NCBI GenBank assembly: GCA_963676395.1
Contig: OY781066.1
Location: 288,001-352,000 of the forward strand
DNA from: a bacterium
GTDB taxonomy: Bacteria > Fidelibacterota > Fidelibacteria > Fidelibacterales > Fidelibacteraceae
Reading direction: 5' to 3'
DNA length: 64,000 nucleotides
The translations under genes were made by a program, and so were the position numbers. The notes beneath the pieces are model-generated. The model had not been told where the DNA came from. It saw only the letters and a list, made by a program, of their open reading frames with translations, and searched no databases. Below are positions 1 to 10,317 of this stretch, one piece after another; the first letter of the stretch is position 1; each line of letters begins with the position of its first letter.

Positions 1-711
1 AAAGGACTTCTACCGGTTTTATTAATTTCTGCAACTCTGGTGGTCATGATCGCATTAACTCCGGATCTATCCTCAGCATTTATGCTTTTTGTCGTTGTTA
101 TCACTATGTTATATGTTGGTGGCGCACGATTATGGCATATATTGATCGTGACGGTTCCATCATTGCTAGCTGGCGGAATATATGCTTGGATAGAACCTTA
201 CAGACGTGCTCGTATTCTTGCAAAATTCAATCCTGAAGATATCAGTAATGCCAATTATCAGATCAGACAATCTTTGATCTCCCTTTCGGGCGGTGGGTTC
301 TTTGGACGCGGTTTTGGAAATTCCACCGGTAAAAATCTATTCTTGCCAGAGGCACATACGGACTTCATCTTTTCAATCGCAGGCGAAGAACTTGGCTTTA
401 TTACAACCTTTCTTATTTTAATCGGATTCATTGTGCTTTTCATTTCGATGTTGCGACTTGCCAAAAATGTGCGTGATCCATTTGGGAAATATTTACTTTT
501 CGGTACTGCATTTTCAATTATTCTTTACGCCATGGCGAATGCTTTGGTTTGCGTAGGAATCGGTCCCGTTACCGGATTACCTATGCCCTTTGTTTCAAAA
601 AGTGGTTCTCAGCTACTCATCAATCTTGCATTGATCGGAATAAGCATGAATGTTGTAAAACAAACACAACATGAAGAACAAAAAAAAGCGGAGTTTTTAC
701 ATGAACTCTAA
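1..711 (+). CDS. ftsW: Cell division peptidoglycan polymerase FtsW (SEDS family), 5' end outside window
   Basis: Motifs PDLSSA, GGFFGRGFGNS, LPEAHTDFIFSIAGEELG and TGLPMPFVSKSGS; directly upstream of murG. Confidence 0.93.
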   Translation, partial: KGLLPVLLISATLVVMIALTPDLSSAFMLFVVVITMLYVGGARLWHILIVTVPSLLAGGIYAWIEPYRRARILAKFNPEDISNANYQIRQSLISLSGGGFFGRGFGNSTGKNLFLPEAHTDFIFSIAGEELGFITTFLILIGFIVLFISMLRLAKNVRDPFGKYLLFGTAFSIILYAMANALVCVGIGPVTGLPMPFVSKSGSQLLINLALIGISMNVVKQTQHEEQKKAEFLHEL

Positions 712-1864
712 AAAACAATTTAACATAATTATCACCGGTGGTGGTACAGGTGGACATTTTTATCCCATCCTGGCAATTGCCGATGCAATAAAAGAGAGAG
801 AAAGTCAACTGCCTAAAGATGTGAGCTTGGGTATACATTACATCGGTTCGCGTTTCGGCATAGAAGAAAGGAAAGCACATGAATATGAATATCCTTATAC
901 GCTGGTTCCTATTAAAGGATTTTCCAGATACCGTTCTTTTGAATCGCTTATTCAAAACCTACTGCTTCCATCCAGGATCCTCCGCACGTGGTTAATAACA
1001 CGTAAACTTTTTAAAAACCTAAAACCCGTTGCATGCATTGCTACAGGCGGATATGTATCAATGATGCCGGGGATGGTCGCCAACAAAATGTCTGTCCCCC
1101 TATTCTTACAAGAACAGAATGCTTACCCGGGAATGACCACAAAACGCTTATCACAGGGCGCTAAGGAATTATTCTTTGCATACGATGCCGTTAAAAAATA
1201 CATAAAACATGATATCAGCATGAAAAAGCTCGGTAATCCCATTCGCTCAAACATTATCCCAAAAAATAAGATCGAAGCAAGAAAAGCTATGGGATTGGAT
1301 CCCGATAAATTTACTTTATTTATTTTTGGTGGTTCGCAAGGTGCTTTAAATATCAATCGCCATATCGCTGAACGAGCAGCCTCATGGATCCAAAAATATA
1401 ATATTCAGATCCTATGGCAAAGCGGAACTCATTCATTTAATATGCTCAATAAAGAATTCGGCACACATAATAATATAAAACTCTTACCCTTTATCAACGA
1501 TATGTCTTCTGCCTACTCCTCGGCAGATCTTATTATTGCCAGAGCAGGTGCTTTAAGTCTGGCTGAAATTGAACGCATGCAAATCCCATCCATTTTGATC
1601 CCATTGCCAACCGCAGCCGGCAATCATCAATTTTATAATGCAAAAGCATTAGAAGAGCTCGGTTGCGCCGTGATCGTGGAAGAAAAGGATTTCCCCCAAT
1701 CACCTTTAATGAAACATTTAAACAATTTAGTTAATAACCCTGTCAAGCTTCAGCAAATGCAAGATTCCTTTCCCGTTGTGAAAGAGGATGCTGCGGAAGC
1801 CATCGCAGACAGGATAATAGAAATACTTATGACACAACAATATGGGAGTACAAATGCGAGATAA
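701..1864 (+). CDS. murG: Undecaprenyldiphospho-muramoylpentapeptide beta-N-acetylglucosaminyltransferase MurG
   Basis: GGGTGGH, GGYVS, EQNAYPG, GNPIR, GGSQGA, RAGALS and HQFYNA motifs; start placed at ATG 701 behind GCGGAG RBS. Confidence 0.96.
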   Translation: MNSKKQFNIIITGGGTGGHFYPILAIADAIKERESQLPKDVSLGIHYIGSRFGIEERKAHEYEYPYTLVPIKGFSRYRSFESLIQNLLLPSRILRTWLITRKLFKNLKPVACIATGGYVSMMPGMVANKMSVPLFLQEQNAYPGMTTKRLSQGAKELFFAYDAVKKYIKHDISMKKLGNPIRSNIIPKNKIEARKAMGLDPDKFTLFIFGGSQGALNINRHIAERAASWIQKYNIQILWQSGTHSFNMLNKEFGTHNNIKLLPFINDMSSAYSSADLIIARAGALSLAEIERMQIPSILIPLPTAAGNHQFYNAKALEELGCAVIVEEKDFPQSPLMKHLNNLVNNPVKLQQMQDSFPVVKEDAAEAIADRIIEILMTQQYGSTNAR

Positions 1865-3251
1865 CAGAATCACAAGCGTATTCGGTTCTATTCGTAAGAT
1901 CCATATGATAGGGATCGGTGGAATCGGCATGAGCGGTATTGCAGATGTACTTATAAGACTGGGATTTGAAGTGTCCGGTTCTGATTCAACCGCAAGTGCA
2001 ATCACGAAGCATTTAATTGACCTGGGTGCAAATATTCGCATCGGTCAACACAGAGAACAGATAAAAGGCCAGGATGTTGTTGTTTATTCTTCCGCTATCA
2101 AAGAAGATAATCCCGAATACAGACAAGCAAAATACCTGGGGATCAAACTGATCCGACGTGCAGAATTTCTGGGCATGCTACTTTCGGTATGGCCGATAAG
2201 AATTGGTGTAGCAGGAACACACGGAAAAACATCAACCTCATCTATTATCGCTTCGGCTTTAGATGAATGTGGCTCTCATCCATCTATGTTTATTGGCGGT
2301 ATCATTAAAAATCTTAAAACCAATGCCCGGATGGATTCTAAAACCTATGTCATCTTTGAGGCGGACGAATATGATAGAACATTTTTAGCATTACCACCTA
2401 CCCTGGCCGTAATCACAAATGTAGATGCCGATCATCTTGATATTTATAAAGATCTTGATGACATGAAAGAAACTTTTATTAAATATGCCAACAGCATACC
2501 GGAAAACGGTTCGGTTATTCTTTGCTATGATGATAAAAACGCACGATCACTGCTGGATATGATCGACAGACCGGTGGTCACTTACGGTACACATTCGGAA
2601 GCCGACTTTAGAATTGACAATATTTCATACAAAAATGGGTCACAATTCTCACTTACTTACCAAAATGAGAAGATTGGTGATTACGAGATCAGTCAAGTGG
2701 GAGAACACAATGTGTTAAACGCCACTGCAGCCCTTGTTACGGCTTATCTCCTTCATCTTGATATGCCGAGCGCCGGACGAGGTATAAAGGTTTTTGCGGG
2801 CGTTGAGCGACGATTTGAGCTGAGAAATCAAGTCGGAAATATTCCGATCTATGATGATTATGCTCACCATCCCACTGAAATCAATGCGACACTTACCGCT
2901 TTAAGAAATATTCATCCAGACAAGCGAATCGTTGCAGTGTTTCAACCGCATCTTTTTACAAGAACCCGTGATTTCCTTGAAGGCTTTGCAAGTTCATTAC
3001 AAAAAGCCGACGAAGTATTTATTGCAGACATTTATCCTGCGAGAGAAAAACCTATACGAAAAATAAACTCAAAACTCATTGTTAACATGATGAAAGATCA
3101 GGGTTTTGAGCATGTGACCTATACAGGCAAGTTGACCGGGACCGCCACAAAGGTTGCGCAAGAAATTAAAGAAAATGATATCATTATTACCATAGGTGCC
3201 GGTGATATCTGGAAAATAAATGACCAGTTAAACGAGGCATTGAGTGACTGA
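1854..3251 (+). CDS. murC: UDP-N-acetylmuramate--L-alanine ligase MurC
   Basis: GIGGIGMSG, GTHGKTST, EADEYD, DADHLD, DDYAHHPTE, FQPH motifs; ATG 1854 after GGGAG. Confidence 0.96.
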   Translation: MRDNRITSVFGSIRKIHMIGIGGIGMSGIADVLIRLGFEVSGSDSTASAITKHLIDLGANIRIGQHREQIKGQDVVVYSSAIKEDNPEYRQAKYLGIKLIRRAEFLGMLLSVWPIRIGVAGTHGKTSTSSIIASALDECGSHPSMFIGGIIKNLKTNARMDSKTYVIFEADEYDRTFLALPPTLAVITNVDADHLDIYKDLDDMKETFIKYANSIPENGSVILCYDDKNARSLLDMIDRPVVTYGTHSEADFRIDNISYKNGSQFSLTYQNEKIGDYEISQVGEHNVLNATAALVTAYLLHLDMPSAGRGIKVFAGVERRFELRNQVGNIPIYDDYAHHPTEINATLTALRNIHPDKRIVAVFQPHLFTRTRDFLEGFASSLQKADEVFIADIYPAREKPIRKINSKLIVNMMKDQGFEHVTYTGKLTGTATKVAQEIKENDIIITIGAGDIWKINDQLNEALSD

Positions 3252-3999
3252 CAAGAGTGGACATAGCTCTTCACGGAGAAAATTGATCATCAGTGGATCC
3301 ATATTTTTGGTCTTCTTACTGTTGGTGCTGGTATATAGCGGCTCACAGCATGTTTTTACCGTAAAAAATATCGAGGTCAGCGGACAGTACGAGCTTAGCG
3401 ACCGCGAAATTGAGCGAATCTCCGGCATAAAACGCGGAGCGAATATGTTCGATCTGGACTTATTACAGGGAATTAAAAACCTCATTCGCGAACCCTTTAT
3501 TAATAAGGTTTACATCTATCGTGAATTTCCGGATAAAGTCAAAATTAATGTTATTGAACGACACCCTATCGTGTTGATAGAGTTGGCAAAGGATTATGCT
3601 ATTGATGCTTTTGGGATCATGCTACCACCACCCATTAATTACCCTACTGAAAGTCTACCCATTATACGGGGTGTGGATCCTTCCCTACCTTTTGAACTGG
3701 GTAAATTGATCCGGCAACAGGATATCATCAATGCCATTGCGTTCCTTAATCACGTCATCTTGCTTGATAATGAAATGCTGGAATATTGCTCGATCATTCG
3801 CTGGTCGGAAGAAATCGGTTGGATCATACAAAAAGACAAACGACATCCCGAAGTACATTTAGGTAAAACAAATCTGGTTCGACGAATTGATATGTTTGAA
3901 GCCTTTCTTGATAAAATGGAAAACGACAATGTAGATATAACAGTATTTAAATACATCAACTTGCGTTTTGAAAAACAAATTATCGTAAGTGAAAAGTAA
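3244..3999 (+). CDS. ftsQ: Cell division protein FtsQ/DivIB (TM + POTRA domain)
   Basis: Single N-terminal TM helix, POTRA-like VKNIEVSG...REFPDKVKINVIER, C-terminal YINLRFEKQII; position between murC and ftsA. Confidence 0.88.
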   Translation: MTDKSGHSSSRRKLIISGSIFLVFLLLVLVYSGSQHVFTVKNIEVSGQYELSDREIERISGIKRGANMFDLDLLQGIKNLIREPFINKVYIYREFPDKVKINVIERHPIVLIELAKDYAIDAFGIMLPPPINYPTESLPIIRGVDPSLPFELGKLIRQQDIINAIAFLNHVILLDNEMLEYCSIIRWSEEIGWIIQKDKRHPEVHLGKTNLVRRIDMFEAFLDKMENDNVDITVFKYINLRFEKQIIVSEK

Positions 4000-5252
4000 T
4001 GAGAAATGCCATGAGTGAAAAAACAGTATTATGCGCGTTGGATATCGGAACCACAAAGATTTGTGCCATTATTGGTGAGTACGATCGTACGGTTTCCGAA
4101 TACCATGTTCTTGGCATAGGAAAAGTTCCTTCTGCCGGAATGAAAAGCGGTGTGGTCATAGATATTGACCTAACCCGAAAGTCCATCGAAGCTGCCGTGC
4201 AATTAGCACTTGAAGACAGCGGTATGGAAAAGATTAGCGGTGTTACGGTTGGCATTGCGGGTGATCACATACGCAGTTTAGATTCTGAACATGCGATTTC
4301 CATCAATCGTCCCGATAATTCAAAGAAAGTCAATATTATTGACGAAAAAGATGTGGTAAGACTTGAAGATTCAATCAAAAGCATCAATATCGGCATTGAT
4401 CGTGAAATTATCCATGTAATTCCACAAGAATACATTATCAATGACCAGATGGTAGTTAAAAACCCATTGGGTATGTCCGGCAACAAACTCACATTAAAAG
4501 CTCATGTGATCACGGCTGCTATCAATAATGCTCGTGATCTGGTTAACTGTGTTCAAAAAACCGGATTAAATGTTCATGATATAGTCCTTGAACCCCTAGC
4601 CTCTGCCGATGCCGTTTTAACCTACGATCAAAAAGAGCTGGGTGTTTGCCTAATTGATATCGGAGGCGGAACAACAGATATTACAGTTTTCCAGGATGGT
4701 CATCTTGTCAGTACAAACATCGTTGGTTATGGCGGAGAGATCGTAACACGAGATATTGCCTCACTGGTACAAACATCCTTCATTGAAGCCGAAAGGATCA
4801 AAAAAGAATATGGTTTTGCTACCGGGAAACAAGCTAAAGCACAAGGAATTAAGGAATTTTATATCAAACCCGTAAACGGAAAAGTAGATCTTGCCATGAA
4901 TTCGGGTTTACTTTCACAATTCATTGAAGCACGAGTAAGAGAAATTCTTCTACTTGCCAGAGAGCAAATCAAGGGTAAACAACTAAATGCGGGTATCGTG
5001 CTTACCGGTGGTGGATCATTACTGAGAGGTATTGAACTTCTTGCCGAAGAAATTTTCGGCATGAATGCCGTTGTTGGGTATCCCATACATATGAATGGCT
5101 TGGAACGTGAAGATTATACACCGGATTACGCAACGGGTATAGGTCTTTTGCACTATGCCAATCAACGAAACCTAAAACCTAAATTCCCATCCGGACAGTC
5201 AAAAATGACGCTTTGGAATAAGATCAAAGAACGTCTCGCGGAATTTTTCTAA
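3999..5252 (+). CDS. ftsA: Cell division protein FtsA
   Basis: LDIGTTKI, DIGGGTTD and VLTGGGSLL actin-like motifs; upstream of ftsZ (start may be ATG 4011). Confidence 0.96.
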   Translation: MRNAMSEKTVLCALDIGTTKICAIIGEYDRTVSEYHVLGIGKVPSAGMKSGVVIDIDLTRKSIEAAVQLALEDSGMEKISGVTVGIAGDHIRSLDSEHAISINRPDNSKKVNIIDEKDVVRLEDSIKSINIGIDREIIHVIPQEYIINDQMVVKNPLGMSGNKLTLKAHVITAAINNARDLVNCVQKTGLNVHDIVLEPLASADAVLTYDQKELGVCLIDIGGGTTDITVFQDGHLVSTNIVGYGGEIVTRDIASLVQTSFIEAERIKKEYGFATGKQAKAQGIKEFYIKPVNGKVDLAMNSGLLSQFIEARVREILLLAREQIKGKQLNAGIVLTGGGSLLRGIELLAEEIFGMNAVVGYPIHMNGLEREDYTPDYATGIGLLHYANQRNLKPKFPSGQSKMTLWNKIKERLAEFF

Positions 5253-5286
5253 AAGTTTATAAAGAATATAAGAAACGGAGGATATT

Positions 5287-6540
5287 ATGTTAATCGAATA
5301 TGATGGTCTTCAAGACCAAAGGGCAAAGATCAAGGTGATTGGTGTTGGCGGTGGAGGCGGCAATGCCATCCAGCGTATGATCTCTTCGGATCTTTCAGAC
5401 GTAGAATTTATAGCCATTAATACCGATGCACAGGCTTTGAATGAAAACGCAGCCGAGATCAAGATCCAGATCGGAGCCAGCAGAACCCGTGGTTTGGGTG
5501 CAGGAACAGATCCATCTATCGGCTATCATGCGGCATTGGAAAGTAAAGAACGCATTGAAGATGTCGTACGTGATACCGACATGGTAATCATTACCGCTGG
5601 CATGGGTGGTGGAACCGGAACAGGTGCAGCACCTGTTATCGCAGAGATCGCGAAGAACAGCGGGGCGTTAACCGTTGCATTCGTTACCAAACCTTTCGCT
5701 TTTGAGGGCTCTCAACGTACTAAACAAGCCTTACAGGGCATAAAAAGGTTAAGAGATCATGTTGACACACTGATCGTCATACCCAATGAAAAAATATTTG
5801 ATGTCATTTCAGATGATACCAATTGGGTTGATGGTTTCAGTTTGGCAGATTCTGTTTTAAGTCAAGGTACAACAGGAATTTCCGATCTAATCACCAAACA
5901 TGGTTTGATCAACTTGGATTTTGCTGACGTAAGAACCATTATTGATCGTAAAGGTGATGCTGTGATAGGTGTTGGTTGCGCTTCGGGTGAAGACAGAGCC
6001 GTTAAGGCCGTTGAAGAAGCCATCCACTCTCCCCTATTGGAAAATAATTCCATTGCCGGCGCACGCGGATTATTGATTAACTTTACAGGCAGTAAGGACA
6101 TGAAATTAAATGAAGTCCGCAAAGCCGCAAGCACAATTTATCAAGAAGCCGGGGATAATGCGAATATCGTATTTGGTGCATTGGTTGATAATAAATTAAA
6201 AGATGAAATTTCCGTAACGGTTATTGCAACAGGTTTGAACACCGGTGCGCAAGCATCAGTTCTTCCCGATGAACCGGCCCCCCTGGAACTGAAAGATGAA
6301 CCCGCATTTGATCGCCGCGAGAGCATTCCTGTGATCGAACGGCGTGAAGAAGCCATTGAATTCAAAGCAAAAGAACAGATTCCAATGTTCGAAGACAGAA
6401 AAGTCGCCCCAGCGACTTCCAGAGCGATCCCAGTATTCGGCGAACATATCCAGATCGATGATTCATTTATCAATATTGACGAATCACAGAAAAATGATAT
6501 GAATGTACCCGCATACCTCAGGAATATGTTCAAAAAATAA
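5287..6540 (+). CDS. ftsZ: Cell division protein FtsZ
   Basis: GVGGGGGNA, GGGTGTG tubulin signature, INLDFADV, C-terminal VPAYLR core. Confidence 0.98.
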   Translation: MLIEYDGLQDQRAKIKVIGVGGGGGNAIQRMISSDLSDVEFIAINTDAQALNENAAEIKIQIGASRTRGLGAGTDPSIGYHAALESKERIEDVVRDTDMVIITAGMGGGTGTGAAPVIAEIAKNSGALTVAFVTKPFAFEGSQRTKQALQGIKRLRDHVDTLIVIPNEKIFDVISDDTNWVDGFSLADSVLSQGTTGISDLITKHGLINLDFADVRTIIDRKGDAVIGVGCASGEDRAVKAVEEAIHSPLLENNSIAGARGLLINFTGSKDMKLNEVRKAASTIYQEAGDNANIVFGALVDNKLKDEISVTVIATGLNTGAQASVLPDEPAPLELKDEPAFDRRESIPVIERREEAIEFKAKEQIPMFEDRKVAPATSRAIPVFGEHIQIDDSFINIDESQKNDMNVPAYLRNMFKK

Positions 6541-6570
6541 TAAAATAAAACCCTCTACCTCATTCTGATA

Positions 6571-6600
6571 AAAACCCTTTGCCGCCCGGCAGAGGGTTTT
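6571..6600 (+). terminator. Intrinsic terminator after ftsZ
   Basis: AAAACCCTTTGCC-GCCC-GGCAGAGGGTTTT stem-loop with T tail. Confidence 0.75.
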
Positions 6601-6752
6601 GCTTTGCAAAAAGTAAAACCTAACATTTATAGTTCATAGTTCATCGCTTGCAAAGCGCTTTCTTACAAGCAATTCCCACTCCAAACGTAAAATAAAAAAC
6701 AAGCAATCTAATAATTCCTGTTATCCGTCTAAAAAGCAATCCAGTCAAAAAG

Positions 6753-6781
6753 AAAAACCCCGAGCATACACCCGGGGTTTT
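6753..6781. terminator. Second hairpin, possibly a bidirectional terminator at the island border
   Basis: AAAAACCCCG...CGGGGTTTT inverted repeat. Confidence 0.5.
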
Positions 6782-7001
6782 GATATAGTTGTGTTAAAAA
6801 TAATCTTATTTATTCAAGACCATTTTTGCGGCGCGAATTGTTATTTTATTGTTTTATCTCTTCTTATCTTATTTTTTTATTTCTTGTTCTTTATAGTATT
6901 TTTTTTATATCTTAGTATATATTTTTAATTAGTGTTTATTTTATTATATTCACTTTTCCATTAACAGATAAGCTTACAGTTACAGAACACGACGAAAACA
7001 A

Positions 7002-7756
7002 ATGTTAATCAAGAGGCTGAATTATCAAAAAGCATTAAAGATATATAAACGCCTAATAGATGAACACCCTGACAATGACTTAGCAAAAAATGCTTTAGTT
7101 CGCGCCAAAGCATATCTTGATAATAGCTATTTATTATGCCTGATAGATTCACCTTTAAATGATATACGTTCATTTGCACGAATAGCTCTACTTTCAAACT
7201 ATGTTAAAGAAAATAACATAAGTGCTGTAAGCGAGATGTATGATATAATATCTAGAGATTTCCCCGGATCCCCCGATGAAGCCCATGCTCTATTCTCAAT
7301 GATTATGTTAAATTTGAACAATGGCCAACATCATTCATACTTAGATATCATGCAAACAAAATTTCCCGACATGGAACTAACACTTCATACACGTGAGTTA
7401 CTTGGAGAAAAAGTAGACTGGGAAACATTCAGAAAGAAATCTCTGTCAAACGAACAAAATAATAATGCTATGCCAAATAAATTTATGTTACATCAGAACT
7501 TTCCGAACCCATTTAATCCGCTAACCACAATCGAATTTGATCTACCTGAAATGGCAGATATCAGTCTGATCATCTATGATATCAACGGGAGAGAGATCGT
7601 TAAATTAATTAGCGCTTCTGCACCGGCAGGTTATATCATCAAGTTATATGGAATAGTTTGGACAAATACGGTAATAATGCTGCAAGCGGCTTAAATATCT
7701 ATCGCCTACAATCAAACAACTTCTCTGATGTAAAGAAAATGCTATTGGTTAGATAG
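7002..7756 (+). pseudogene. C-terminal fragment of a T9SS cargo protein (TPR + FlgD-like/T9SS sorting domain), frameshifted
   Basis: TPR-like YQKALKIYKRLIDEHPDN and CTD motif QNFPNPFNPLTTIEFDLP. Removing 2 nt at 7635-7636 restores GYHQVIWNSLDKYGNNAASGLNIYRLQSNNFSDVKKMLLVR* (TAG 7754-7756). No signal peptide, so 5' truncated. Confidence 0.8.
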
Positions 7757-7816
7757 GAATTGAATATCGTAAATTAATACGAATCAATTATTTAAAAGAT
7801 CGAGGAGATTGGCTTA

Positions 7817-8614
7817 ATGATTAAAAAGTTTATAATATTAACATTCATCAGCCTCAACCTTATATCAATTCTTTTTTCGCAGGAAAAAGATATGTTTAAA
7901 GGATACAAGGCAAATATGATTCATCCAAATATCAAAGAATATCCTGAAGTAATTCAATCACTTGATAGAATAAAGGCAGAATACTACAATAATCGTTATA
8001 AATACCCTGACTATAAAATGACAAATATGGAATTGAAAAAATACGCCAATGCGTTTATTAGTTCATATATGTATCATTCGAAATCACCTCACAAAGGATA
8101 TATTGAAAAATATTTTCGCGAATCATACCCAATTGGAGGTGAAATGCTCAATAACTTTACTAAGCTAGGATTCCCATATAATCTACTTATCATGAATAAA
8201 GGAATCATTTTAGGTGAAATTCTTGATGATAAAATGTTACCAAAAATGAAAACTCCCTATCCCCCTCCCCCAATTAAAATCTATGAATATGTTGCAACCG
8301 TGAAAATACTTGAAGACATTTTCGATTCCTTTGAAGGAGATACAATATACATAAGGCATGATAAATCGCTATTGGAGGATTACAGCAATCACTTAAACTC
8401 TCTCTTACTATTTACATTTAAATCCGGTGGCACAATTCAAAGAGCAGATTCTGTCCAATATATCCACCTAACCGGGAAGCCTTTAGAATTCATGTTTGTA
8501 AAAAATAATAATATTTACAATCCAAATAATATTCATGGAATCAACCCAATTCCCTATCTGGAGTTCAAACAAGCATTGACAGATTTTATAATAAATGAGG
8601 ATATTAAGAAATGA
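7817..8614 (+). CDS. Secreted hypothetical protein, paralog A1
   Basis: Signal peptide, GAGGAG RBS; shares YPIG, EY...ILEDIF..EGDTI..RH and IQRADSVQ with 9514-10317. Confidence 0.8.
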   Translation: MIKKFIILTFISLNLISILFSQEKDMFKGYKANMIHPNIKEYPEVIQSLDRIKAEYYNNRYKYPDYKMTNMELKKYANAFISSYMYHSKSPHKGYIEKYFRESYPIGGEMLNNFTKLGFPYNLLIMNKGIILGEILDDKMLPKMKTPYPPPPIKIYEYVATVKILEDIFDSFEGDTIYIRHDKSLLEDYSNHLNSLLLFTFKSGGTIQRADSVQYIHLTGKPLEFMFVKNNNIYNPNNIHGINPIPYLEFKQALTDFIINEDIKK

Positions 8615-9473
8615 TACGTATAAAAATATTAATCATTTCCTTATCATTAATATGCTCTGGATTTGGCGAGGTAAACTATCATCCTTATTTATTTAAGTAT
8701 AATCCAGACAGTCTAAAAATTCTAATGGATTCACTGGAAACTGTAAACGAAGATAATGTAAGAGCTTGTACATTCTGGTATAATATGTGGGAATATCACT
8801 GTGATGAATTTGAAGCGATAGATATGCGCACTGATTATATTGTAAATAATAGCATTCAAGACCTAAATTCATATGAGGTAGAAAATGTAGCAATAAAACA
8901 ATGGAATGCTATTGTTGAAACAGGTGATCCATTGGATGAAAGAGCACTATTTAATATTAGAAATGATCTTACCTATAATAGTTCTGTTTGGATAGTTCAA
9001 CTATATAACAATTGGAATGAGTATCATGAAAACTACAGTGCACCAGGTATAACATGTAATTCATTTAAATCTCAATCATGGTCAGTTTTTGATGAGAACC
9101 ACACTCCTTATTGTCATACTTATTCAAATTCCACATCCGATCAAAATTTAGTCAATAATAACAAACAAACAATAATTTATATAAATGCAAGTGATGCAGG
9201 TGTCCTCTCATTCAAATTTGTAGATGGAGAACCTTACGAATATGCATCACCAATAGAAGTCAACATCCAACATATTGTATAGGTCATGTCCTCGGACTTG
9301 CTGATGACACCAGCTCTGTTGATGGTGTAGAAACGATAATGAGCCAGGGCTCATATTGGAATAGATCTGTTGAACAAGAATTAAGAAACACCCTCGAAAT
9401 AATGTATGATGTAGAAATGAATTCACCCGGCATACCACACAAGCAACTGAGCAAATTTTCTTTGATGGATTGA
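8611..9473 (+). pseudogene. Secreted metzincin (matrixin-like) metalloprotease, frameshifted at the zinc motif
   Basis: Signal peptide; ORF stops at NIQHIV* (9282), but the shifted frame from 9282 reads GHVLGLADD...TIMS (Met-turn-like) to TGA 9471-9473; homologous to 10314-11030. Confidence 0.75.
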
Positions 9474-9513
9474 AAAAGTAATACTTAAAACCAAAACAAG
9501 AAAGCAAAAGAGC

Positions 9514-10317
9514 ATGAAAAACAGAAATCTCATCACCATGACAATTATAATTGTACTATGTATGTGTTCAATCATTTTTGCAAAAAAAAGAGGGTATTCC
9601 CCAGTTGAGGGTTACCCATCAATTAATAACTACCCTCTTGAAATCCAGCTCATGGATTCAATGAAAACAGAGCTTTTTAAAAATCATTTTCGTAAAAACG
9701 GGAAAGGGTTAAAGAAAGAAGTTCCAGATGACTTTATAAAGTCATTTGCAAGTGCGTATATTGATTTTTATATGCAGTACACAAATCTTGAAAGAAAAGG
9801 GTATAAATATCAGTATATGAAAGAAACATATCCCATTGGTTTAAAAATGGCTAATGAAATGTTTAAACTGCCATATCCCTGGAGCTTATTGCTTGAGACA
9901 AAAGGTTTTGCACTTGCTAAAATTATTGATGACAAAAAAATGCCAAAACGAAAGACAGCAACAACAAATAGTTTAAATGAATATGTACTGGAAGCGCAAA
10001 TCATTGAAGATATTTTCAATACTCATGAAGGTGATACTATTTTTGTAAGACATAATGAATCTATTTTCGAAAAATATCCTAATTACAAAGACATGAATAT
10101 ACTCTTCTCTTTTAGACCCAGAGGTTCTATTCAAAGAGCAGATTCAGTACAGTTTATTTATGTACTGGGAGGACATAATGAATATATGTTTGTAAAAGAC
10201 GATATCATTTTTGACCCTAATGATGTTTTAAGAGAAGAAAACAAGGGATATGATAGATTCAAAGAAGATTTAATGCAAATATTACCCACAACAAGTAAAG
10301 CGAGGATGCTTAAATGA
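9514..10317 (+). CDS. Secreted hypothetical protein, paralog A2
   Basis: Signal peptide; co-linear similarity to 7817-8614 (GSIQRADSVQ, YMFVK..I..PN). Confidence 0.8.
   Translation: MKNRNLITMTIIIVLCMCSIIFAKKRGYSPVEGYPSINNYPLEIQLMDSMKTELFKNHFRKNGKGLKKEVPDDFIKSFASAYIDFYMQYTNLERKGYKYQYMKETYPIGLKMANEMFKLPYPWSLLLETKGFALAKIIDDKKMPKRKTATTNSLNEYVLEAQIIEDIFNTHEGDTIFVRHNESIFEKYPNYKDMNILFSFRPRGSIQRADSVQFIYVLGGHNEYMFVKDDIIFDPNDVLREENKGYDRFKEDLMQILPTTSKARMLK

Noticed and set aside
1854..3999. Absence of murB/ddl between murC and ftsQ
   Set aside because: Direct murC-ftsQ adjacency is common in FCB-group dcw clusters
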